This document shows positions 35,201-45,700 of a stretch of 64,000 nt of DNA, piece by piece; within the stretch, counting starts at the first letter, position 1; every line of letters starts with the position of its first letter. Made by a program: the position numbers and the translations under genes. The stretch spans positions 124,001-188,000 of the forward strand of contig JAPMXV010000021.1 of assembly GCA_026936335.1 (NCBI GenBank), written 5' to 3'. The DNA is from Mantamonas sphyraenae STR306. Its lineage: Eukaryota; Protista; CRuMs. Under the pieces are notes generated by a model. The model did no database searches, had not been told where the DNA came from, and worked only from the letters and a program-made list of their open reading frames with translations.

Positions 35201-36370
35201 TCCCATCTGCACGTGGGCTACAGCAAGCACGACCTGGCACGCATCCTTGCGGTGCAACACAAGGATCTGGACGAGGCACTGCAACTGATCACCGAGGCAC
35301 ACGCCATCAAGGTTGCCAAGCTGGGAGCCAGCAACTCGTCCACACTGATGAGCAAGGCCCATCTGGCGTGGATCACGCGTCTCAACGGCGACGACCGCAC
35401 GTGTTTGTCCATGATGGAAGAGCTGCTGGACACGGTGATGTCTGTGCCCGACTCGAAACGCACCATGTACAACGCGGTGCTGTCCATCAGCATGTTTATC
35501 ACCGCACACGTCCACGCATGCAACCATCGCTACGACCAGGCCCGCGAGACGATTGCCCTCATGCTGGAAAAGGGTGTGCGAGGCAACGGCCGCCAACGCT
35601 TCTTTGTCTCCCAAATGGCCCCTCTCTTTCAACTTGCCCTCGACGTGTATCAAAAGCTGCTCGACGACCCGTTCCCTGCTCTCCACACCCTCTCCACCAT
35701 GCTTTCGCCCGACCTGCGACCCCTACTCCAGGACCACCTCGACGATTCCATGGCGCTCGATGACACCGCTGCAGCACACCCTGCGGTCACCCTCGGCAAC
35801 ACCAAGGAGACCGGTGACAGCGACGACCGCACCGGCAGTCTCCAAAGCCATCCCTCCACCTCGATGGACCTTCAGGACGTCGGACTCATGCGGGAAGAGT
35901 CCCTCAGCGAGGATGTGTTGCAGTTGAGCTCAGCTGCCACGCCTGCATCCTCGTCGTCGTCATCATCGTCGTCCTCGTCGTCATCCTCATCATCATCATC
36001 ATCATCATCAACTTCCTTGTCGTCCTCCCTCACCACAGGTGATCCCCAACAGGACGAGGCTGCTCCAACGCGGCCTCGACGTGGTGTGCGTGCCACAGAG
36101 CTGCACAACGCCTCCTGCCAGGCCATCTTGTATCTTGCTGCCTACCTGCTGGACCACGCCGACGACCAGGCGCACGAGTCTGTCTCTGCCCTCCTCGACG
36201 CTATTGTCCACGACGAGGAAGAATACCAAAGCCAGGAGGGCTACTGTCGCACAACAAGCACACGCATGGCCGACCTGGCTCAAGACGACAACCCCCCCTC
36301 TCCCCTGCCTCTCCTAGCCTGGACAGACCTGTTTCGACGCGTCGACAATTCCATTTCGCGGCTCCTTTAA
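32297..36370 (+). CDS. CLU-domain + TPR protein (clustered-mitochondria-like paralogue)
   Basis: PWNDQFQ...AGGDKYIYHGVLFKF...AGHEIK...DYRGHRV...GPCDMEVHVGRDGLYYVLDAAR|LSPP (intron 33361-33456); MHRNGINLRYLG; VEMVAR; KLC-type TPRs. Confidence 0.85.
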
Positions 36371-36461
36371 CCGCCAATACAGTTCACAATCCCGCACCCA
36401 TGGCCTGCCCTGTGCTGTGTGTGTGTGTGTGTGTGTATGCGTGTGCGTTTGTGCACGGCGT

Positions 36462-39400
36462 TCACCTCTCTTGGTCGCTGTCATCCCCGATATCATCTGC
36501 CACATCTTGCCCATCCAAGGAACGAGCATCGTCATCGCCACTCCCCACTCCAGCACCACCGCCACCGCCACCGCCACCATGCGCGCTGAATGCACTGCGT
36601 TGGCCCGAACCAATGCCCGAGCCACCTCCACCTCCACCTCCTCCGCCACCTCCACTGCTGCCGCTGCCCACACCGCCTCCTCCAACGCCGTCTTCGCTGT
36701 GGAGCGTGTCGTACAAGCTTGCGTGCGAGGTGCGAAACTCCTGCCTGTAGATGGCCAGGTCACGCATGGTGCGATCGCTGCGTTGGCTCATGCGCGAGTA
36801 GCGGCCTTCAGCAGCCGAGGAGCGGGGGCGCTGACGACGAGTCACCTTTTCCCAGGGAAACTTGTCTGGCACGCGTTGTGGCTGACGCCTGCGTTCCAGG
36901 CGCTTGAGCACGGGCCTGGGCAGTTCCTGGAACAATTCCTCCATGCTGAGGTCCTCGTAGCAGGCCAGCACATAGTGGAAGCAGTAGTCGAGCAGCTGAG
37001 GCGCCTCGTGCACGTAGGCAATCTTCAGGTTTTCCAACACACTCTCGCGTGTCAACTGCTTGGCCAGGAAGCGTTCACACTCTTCCTTGAGCGTGTCCAG
37101 TTCGTACTCGTGTGCTGCCGTAAGCAGCTCCAACGCCACCGAACTGTCCAGCTCCACGCGGCCACAGTACACGTAGCGAAGCAGCTTCTCAAACGCCGCA
37201 TACGAATAATCCAACACCTGAATCAGCTCCGGCCCCGTTTTGCTGCTGGCCAGGCTGCTGCTGCTGCTGCTGCTCTCACCCACTGTGCCTGTGGCCTCCG
37301 CGTGCAGCCGAAACACCACATGGAAGTGTTCGCACCGCGACACCAGAATGATCTTGTGTGCGTGCACCAGCCGCCCCTCAATCTCAAACACCACGTCGCT
37401 GAACGCCTTGAAATTAAAGATCTTTTCCAGATCGTGCGTCAAATCCAAATCCTGCGACCCTTTGTACAGGCCGTGGAACCCGTCCAGGAAGAAGGCATAC
37501 CGCGGCGCCGTGTCGTACGGGTGCCTCTCACGCTGCGGTTTGCTTGCCACTGTGCTTCCACCCCCGATGCCACCGTTGCTGTTGCTGTTGCTGTTGTTGC
37601 TGCTGCCTGCTGCTGCTGCTCGTCGACATCGCCCGTGCCAGGCCCGGCCCCGTGTGTGCCATACACACTCTCCATGCGAGACGGATACGGAACGGGGCGC
37701 ATGTGCTGCGACCCACCCATGGTACCGGAGCTGCTTGTGGTCATGCGCGATGCGGCTCCCAAGCGTCCAGATGCAGCTGCTGCCATGCTTGCCACACCTG
37801 CCACACCACTCCCCTCGTTGGCCGACGCCTCTGCCAGCTCTTCGGCACTCACATCTTTGAAGGGCTCCACAAACTTGCCACACAGCTGGCGCAGACGCTC
37901 CATTTTGTAGTCGGCGGCGGCAGCGCCAAGCTTGCCTGCGTTGTCCAGGTCACTCACGACGTTGTCTGTGTACATGTACTCCAGGAGGGCCATAAACACC
38001 GGGTAGGTGAGGTCGTGCAGTGCAAGCTCCTCCTTGCGTGCGTTCATCTTAAAGTTAAAGGCCTTGCCCTGGTCGTCCAGCTGCTGGATCATCGAGCGCA
38101 ACTTGGTGCACCTTTGTGACAGAATCACCTTGTGTGCTTCCACCCGCTGGCCTTCCACAACCACCACCAGATCCGTATACTTCTTGTCCTTCAGCGCTCC
38201 AAACAGGTTGGTGCGCGTACGCACCACCGTGGGCAGCAGGTGTCGGAAGAACTCGCTCACCTCGGCCACCCGATTAAAGTCGTCGTATTCATCGGGAATC
38301 TGGTCCACAGGATACAGCTCCATCAGCGGCGGACTGATCAGATTTGCGTTCCCCTGCAGCGTGAGCGTTTCCAACACACTCAGCTCGGTGATTTCCGGCG
38401 GCAAGGCTGTCAGTTGGTTCTGATGCAAATGCAGCGTGCGCAGGCTGGCCATGCCTGCCAGCGTCAGTGGGAGCTGCGACAGTTTGTTTTCGCTGGCTTT
38501 CAGCGTCTTTAGGTTGACCAGACGGCCCATGTCCTCTGGCAGCCGCGTGAGATGGTTGGCCCACACATCCAGGCGCACCAACGACACACAGTTGCACAGT
38601 TCGTCCGGCAGCTCAATCAAAAGGTTGCGAGAGACGTCGAGCTGCTTGAGCAGCTTGAGCTCGCCGATGGATTCCGGCACGCTGAGCAGCCTGTTCATGC
38701 TCAGGTTGACCTTGGTAAGGTTGGTGAGGGCGCCAAGCTGCTCTGTGGGCAACGACGTCAGTTGGTTGCAATTGGCATCCAACACCGTCAACGCGGTGAG
38801 ATTGCCCACCTCCGGATTGAGTTTGCCCAAGGAGTTGCACGACACGTCCAACACCTGCACCGACGTCACCTGGCCAATGTCATCCGGCAGACTGGTCAGC
38901 TGCAATCCATACAACTGCAGCAAATAGTCGTCCTGCCACAACGCCGTCTCGATCCGCGTCCGTGCCGTGTAGATCTTGTGATTGCCTCGTCCCTGCTTCT
39001 TCCGCTCCTTGTTTTGGTTGCTGATCAGCTGCTCAATCGTCAAGTCATCATCATCCCACCGGAAGCGTCCACGCATGCTCCCTGTGCTGTGTTGACTCAT
39101 GTTGTTCTGCAACGCTGCCACCGCCGCCGCCGCCATCGCCTCGTGGTCCTCCCCCATTCCACCTCCACCACCTCGGTCCCGCGACGTTGAGCGTGACAAC
39201 GACCGGTGTACACTCTCGCGTGGCCGCAGCGACATCGCACGCGCCGCTGCTGTGCTGCGACGCGAATTGAAATCCAATCCCAACGATCGGTGCAGGCGCA
39301 GCAGGTCCCACGACGATTGTTTCCTGCCTCCTCCTCCTCCTCCTCCTCCTCCTCCGCCCATTGGGCTGTTGTTGCTGCTTCCCATCCCCTTGTCTCCGGC

Positions 39401-40247
39401 CCCTTCCAGTCCCAGTCGTTTTGCACGCACCTCTTGCACCTTGCGTGTTGCCCCCACCGGATCCTTCTCCACGTCCACCAGTCCCGCTCGCTTCAGCTCC
39501 TCCAGGATCATCATGGGCTGCGCCCCTGCCCCAAGCGAGTCCCGGCGGTTCAGATTCACCCCGACCCCGCCGCTTCCTCCGCCTCCACTGCCTCCACTGT
39601 TGCCTCCTGCGCTCAGTTGCGACTGCAAAGGCGCGGGTGATGGCCCGCTATCTCGGCTCACTGTCGTCTGGCTGCGCCTGCGTCCCATTATGGGCCCCAC
39701 GCCGTCATCGTCTCCCGACCCTTCGCTGCCCAGCGAATCCATGCTACCCGTGCGCCTTTGGAACCGTCCCGCCGGTCCACGACGTCCTCCCTGTGAGTAA
39801 ACATGCACCCATATGCACATGCCGTGTGTGAATGTGTGTGTGGGAGGTGGGTATGTGGACGTCAGCGTGCTTGCCTCACAACGCGCGGTAAGTGTGTGGT
39901 GTGTGCGTTTGCCGGCAAACGGGCAACGGTCGGGTTTTCGCAGGCGGCCGCACGCTTCCTGCGTCACCGTGAGCCCACACCAAACTCACCTGAAGGGAGC
40001 GCACTCGTCCTGGCATGCCTCCGATGTCGTTCATCTCGCTGGGGGACACCGAGGAGGAACCCTGGATGGGTGTTTTGTCGCTCGATTCGCCGTCAGCCCC
40101 ACTTGACGCCGTCCCACCACGGCTACTGTCCATCTCGCTACGCATGCTGCTGTTCAACAGTGGCGAACTGCCCCTTCTTTGCATCTGTTGCCTCAGGTTG
40201 CCTGCACTGCCCATTCGCGCCAACGGCGGCGTGCTGTGTGATTCCAT
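36462..40247 (-). CDS. LRR (SHOC2-like) + two BTB/POZ domains; intron 39791-39989, frameshift at ~37605
   Basis: LRRs LxxLxLxxNxLxxLP; BTB1 YTDLVVVVEGQRVEAHKVILSQRC; BTB2 FSDVVFEIEGRLVHAHKIILVSRCEHF. Confidence 0.82.
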
Positions 40248-40446
40248 TCGATGATGGTGTGTGTTTTTGCCTTCTCTTGGTGCTGCCTTTGTGTCTGTGT
40301 TGCCTCCTCACGTGTGCCTTTTGCTACTTCCTGCCTCCTGCCTTTGTGTGCAACCGACGCCCAATGACACAACAACGGGAATGGGTTTGCGGAGCCCTCG
40401 CGCCGCCACCGAAAACTCTCTGGCTTCGCCACACACACACACATCC

Positions 40447-42702
40447 ATGTCCAGCAAGGATTTGCCGCCGGTGAAGTTCACCAGTACGTGATTTTTGCCC
40501 GCCCGTGTGTGCAAGTGTGTGATGAGGAGCTTCCCCTGCGCGTGCTTTTTGCTCCCTTTCGCTGCGCTTCGCTCAGCAGACACTCAGTCCGGCCCCAAAA
40601 GCCCTCTCGAACCGGCCCGTTGACGGACTGTTCCCCGCCACTGACTCGCATGCGCCGTCGCACCATCCACAGCCATCAGCAAGGGAGACGGTGTGCAGGT
40701 GTGGCGTGGCCCACCCAGCGACATCGAAAAGGAGGAAGGCTACCAAAAGTGCGTTTTTGCAGCGGTTCTATCGGGCTGCGTTTGGCGTTTGGCGGAATGC
40801 AAAGACCCACCCAAGGACAAACCACGGCCGCTGACACCTCTGTGCCCATCCCCACACAGCACCGACGGGTCTGCAGTACATTTCAGCCGTGACGGCACTC
40901 GGCTAGCCATCACCACAAGCACAGGGGTCTCTGTGACCGACACGGCGTCGGGCGAGGTGGTGGCGGAGATCGAACGCACCAAGATTTTCGCAGTGCAGTT
41001 TTCGCCTCTGGCCACGTACTTGCTCACGTGGGAGCGCTGGAACAAGGACAAGCACACAGAATCCGGCGAGGGCAACCTGAGGGTGTATTACACAGCCACG
41101 GGGGAGCTGATCACGCAGTACAAGCACAAGTCGAACAACCGCGACGCCTGGCCCTTTGTGCAGTGGTCCGATGACGAGCTCATTGCCGCTCGCATGGTCC
41201 AAAACGAGGTGCTGTTCTTTGACGGCACCAACGTGGCCTCCGAGGCCATTGACACCCTGGAATTCGAGGGCATTGGTGCGTTTGCCCTGAGCCGAGGCGA
41301 TCCCCCGTACAAGCTGGCCGCCTTTGTGCCCGAACGCAAGGGCAGCCCGGCCGCCGTCTGTGTGTATCATTATCCCAACATCGGACGCAGCCAGGCGGTG
41401 GCTTCCAAGAGCTTTTTCAAGGCTGGCAGCGTGTCGATGGAGTGGAACAAGGCGGGCACCGCGCTGATCATCAAGACCAGCACCGACCACGACCAGACGG
41501 GAAAGAGTTACTACGGCGAGACAAGCCTGTACTACATGAGTGCCAATGGAGACGTGTCGTGCAAGGTGCCGCTGCCGAAGGAGGGACCGGTGCACGATGT
41601 CGGGTGGAATCCGAACGGCAAGGAGTTTGTGGTGGTGCATGGATTCACGCCGGCCAAGGCCATCCTGTTTGACTACAAGTGCCGTCCCAAGTTTGACTTT
41701 GGGTCGGCGTCGCGCAACACGGTCGTGTGGAGTCCGCATGGACGGTTCCTGGTCATTGCGGGCTTTGGCAACCTGGCCGGCGACATGGACTTTTGGGACC
41801 GGCAGAAGGAGGAGCTGATGGGCACGGCGAGGGCGTCGGATGCACACTCGTTCCACTGGTCGCCCGACAGCAGGCACTGCATCACCGCCACCACGTTCCC
41901 GCGGCTGCGAGTGGACAACGGCTTCCAGATCTGGAAGCACAACGGCGACCTGGTGCACGAGGAGTCGTTTGACGAGCTGTACAGCGTGCAATTCCGCCCC
42001 TGTGCGCCGGGCATCTATCCCAACCTGAAGCCCGAGGCGAAGCAGCAGCAGAGCAACGGCGGAGGCGGAGGCGCCTCCAGCGGCAGCTCCGCCTCGAGCA
42101 AGAGTGCCAATGCACAGCCCAGCGCACAGCCATACCGTCCGCCGGGCGCACGCGGCTCCAACTGGTCGTCGAGCTTCATGAAGCGCAAGGAGGACAATGA
42201 TGCGCCAAAGAAAATCACAGGCAGCGTGGCCAAGAGCAACAGCGCAGGAGGAGGCGGAGGCAACGGCAGCCGCACAAACACCATTCCCGGCGCTGCACCC
42301 GTGGGTGGGGAAAAGTTGTCGCGCACGGCATTGAAGAACAAACGCAAGCGGGAACGCAAGAAGGCCCTGCGGGAGGCTCAAAAGGCACGCGAGGACCTGC
42401 AAGAGACGATCAAGAGCAAGGGAGGCGCAGGGTCGTCCTCATCCTCCTCATCCTCCTCAACCGGATCAGGTTCGGGCAAGGAGGACGACGTGGACGAGGT
42501 GGAACTGCTGGACTCGGTCGACGCCTGTGCAAAGCGTCTGAAGAATCTGCACAAGAAAATGCGGCAGATTGCGGCCCTGAAGCAGCGCATGGATGAGGGA
42601 GAGGTGCTTGAGGACGACCAGCTGTCCAAGGTGCAACGTGAGACGGAAGTCACCTCGCTTATCGATCGCATCGAAGCCAAGAAGGCGCAACTGGAGGGTT
42701 GA
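40447..42702 (+). CDS. EIF2A: Eukaryotic translation initiation factor 2A (spliced 5' end)
   Basis: KSFFKA...WNKAGT...DQTGKSYYGET; EGPVHDVGWNP; IAGFGNLAGDMDFWD; TTFPRLRVDNG; PYRPPGARG. Two 5' introns (gtacgt, gtgcgt donors). Confidence 0.95.
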
Positions 42703-42726
42703 TGATGGTGTGCAACAGGTTCATCG

Positions 42727-45700
42727 TTGGATGATGATGGAGGGGGGGGGGGGAATGTGATGGCAGCAAGCACAGAATGTGCAAGTGGCAAAAACAATGA
42801 AGCCACAAGTTGTTTTCGTTTGAGTGACTCTTTTGTCTTGACCGGCGTGCGTGCCCTCACCCAACACAGAATGGTTGCCACCACACGCAGTCGTCGGCAG
42901 ATCCATGGGAAGTACACAGCCGAACTGAGTCCCACGGAGTATGAGGCGGCCGTTCTGTACGAGAGGTACAGGCACAGCGATCGCGTGGGATCGCCCCAAG
43001 TGCATCCGGATGCCTGGGCCTTCTTGTGCCACTTCACCAGCCACCGTCACCGCAGCCGAGTGGCCATTGCCTCTGAAGTCCATGCCCGTGTGGTGCTCAA
43101 GATCCTGAGGTACAGGCTAAGGGAGCCACGAAAACTGGACGACAACGAACAGCTGCCGCTTGCACAGGCCCTCTTTGCACTCGTTGCTGGCGTAGGTGTC
43201 CTTGACGTGAAGACCAAGGCCTTGTACATGTTTAAACAGCACTCAACCGTGATTCCAACAAAACCAATAGTTATGGAGGCGTCCTACTCAGCTCCAGACG
43301 TGCAAGACAACAAGGAGGGGCCTGCGTTTGACCTGAAAAAGCTCGTGGAAAATGCAGCGAGTAGTGGCAGACTGTGTCACGACGCATGCAAATGGTGTCG
43401 ACAGAGCACAGGAAACACATCAGAGAACACACCAGAATTCGTCACAAACTACGTGCACACAGAGTATGCCCTGACCCAGGTCAGCATCGTGCTGTTGAGG
43501 CAACTGGAGAAGAAATTTGCCAACGACTTCAGTGTCCGCCCCGTGTTCCCCGTGCCTGGCAGCTTCAGCTCCGTAGCATTCAATGTTACGCGTCGCAAGG
43601 ATCTTATCTCGCGCCCTGTACTCCGCATGGACAACACCCTGTCCGAGAGGGAGCAGCGTGACGGACGTGGCGGGCACGCGCGGCATCCGCTCGTGTCTCT
43701 GGACACGTCGGCAACGGAGGTGCGTGCCTCTGTAATGTATGTGCTGCACATCGAGGACCTTGTCATGTCCTGCATGGCGCGTGTGCACACGACAGCAGAG
43801 TCAGCATCGTCGAGCTCATCGCTCCTCCAGCGTGCTGTGGAAGACGTGATGGCTGACGTACGTGACAAGGCGCGGCGTTGGAACCTGCGTGATGGGGATG
43901 TGACTGTGTTCCTGCGTGGTGAAACGCACACAACCATGTCCACGCTGGTCAACCAAACCAACCGCAGAGCGATCATCTTCGAGGCCACGCTCGCGCACAA
44001 GCACAACGAGACCATGGAGCAGCTGCTGGATACCCTGAGTGCAGCGAGCGAACGCATGGGTTTCAACGTGGAATGCTGCGCGAACCCCGTGTCAACCTGT
44101 TTGTCCAGGGCCTGCGCGCAAACAACGATCATCCAGAGTCCCCTCAGCGACGGATCTCTGATTCGAGAAGGCGTCTGGATCCAAGGCGAATCGGAACACA
44201 CTATCACACGTGACAACCACATCCACAGGCTTGTGGTGGGGTTGTTGTGTGGTTGCTCAACACTTCCCATCACCCTTTCCACCGTAGGCAAGACGGGCAA
44301 GATGTTGGACTGTGTAAGGACGTGGCACTTGCGGGGCGAGCTCGTGGACGCGGAAAAGGCGGTGCGTCTTGCGGCAAGGTCGGATTCACGGGCAGCGGAA
44401 AAGCGGCAGCTGAACGATGAGGTCAACCTGGCGATTGCAGCTCTGGTGGACGACGCGACACTGGAAGAGCTGAACGCCATGATGCGTACACCAGTAGTGG
44501 GCGCTTCTGTGGGAGCGAGCGACAACGACGATCACCACGACAATCGCGAGGAGTCTCAGACACTCTTCGATGCATGCGGTTTGATGCCCAAACGAGGGAG
44601 TGGTGTTGTGGCCGAGGCAATTTCGGTGGCGGGCGAAGGTTCAAGCGTTGGCGAGGCCATCAGCGCCATCGAGGAAGCTCTTCAGCAAGAGTGCAAGGAA
44701 AGAAAGCCACTGCCACCGGGGAGAACAAGCGTGTTTGTTCGGCGACGTGAGGTACACGGGCAGCGATTGCGGCTATTCGTGGCACGGGACTCCCTCGAGT
44801 CAGCGTCAATTCTGCGGGCCATGGGCACCCAGCACGTGCGAGATGCAATGACGGAAGCAGGCTTGGATGACTACGCCACGGCTGTGGACAAGATGGTGCA
44901 GGCAGAGAAGGGTTTGGTGCAGGCGGCGCGAACGGAGGCAAGCACAACCGCGTATGTAAGCAAGAAGAAATGGGACGCGTTTGTGGACGCCGTGCGCAAG
45001 GAGAACAGTGGAATGCCTATGTCCAAGGCGAACAAGGTGGTGCCTGCGGCCACACTCCAGAAACTAAGGCGGGAGGCGCCGTCATCACTGAAATCTCTCA
45101 GGATTCCCAAAGACACTACGTGCCTGCGAGTGACGAACGACGCCAGTGGCAAGAAGAGCAACACTCGCCATGATCCGAGGCCTAGTTTTGGTCCCGACTG
45201 GCCAGCAACGCACCAAGAACTCCTGTGCAAACTGCTGATGTGGTTTTGTGAATCCACCGTGACGCACACCGACACTATCAGCAAAATGACGACACATTAT
45301 AGCCGCTCTCTTGGAGCAATTCACGAGACCAAGCCTGTTCCAATCCCCCCCAAGATCACTGCGGTGATAGACAAGTGGAACCATGCGGGGTACGAGGCGC
45401 AACGCACCCGAACGATGCTGGATTTGGAGGCCCTGGTTCCAAACCACAACATGGATGTCCAGGCGTGCGTGGACTTCCCCGGCATGGTTGAGGCGATGCT
45501 TCTCACTCCGCTGCCCGAAGACGTGTGCGGCCGAGTGCAGATCACGGAGGCGCAGGCGGAAGGAAGCACACATTGGGAGCGCATGGCCTTCGCGGGTGGA
45601 GCGAAGCGGTTTCAAGAAGACGCAAAGAGGATGCTGCCACACATTGTGTATGCGTTGAGGGAGTTTGCACGGATCTACTTCACAGCGGCAGGCCTCGCGT

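Noticed and set aside
80-37620. Frameshifts at ~86, ~2190, ~3925, ~6170, ~7004, ~17800 and ~37605 as programmed frameshifting or pseudogenes
   Set aside because: They fall mostly in homopolymer or low-complexity tracts of otherwise intact genes with no shared slippery motif; assembly indels are the simpler explanation.
42727-42870. ORF-track N-terminus of the Fanzor (TTG at 42727)
   Set aside because: It runs through the eIF2A 3' UTR, a G homopolymer and the left direct repeat; ATG 42871 inside the element is more plausible.
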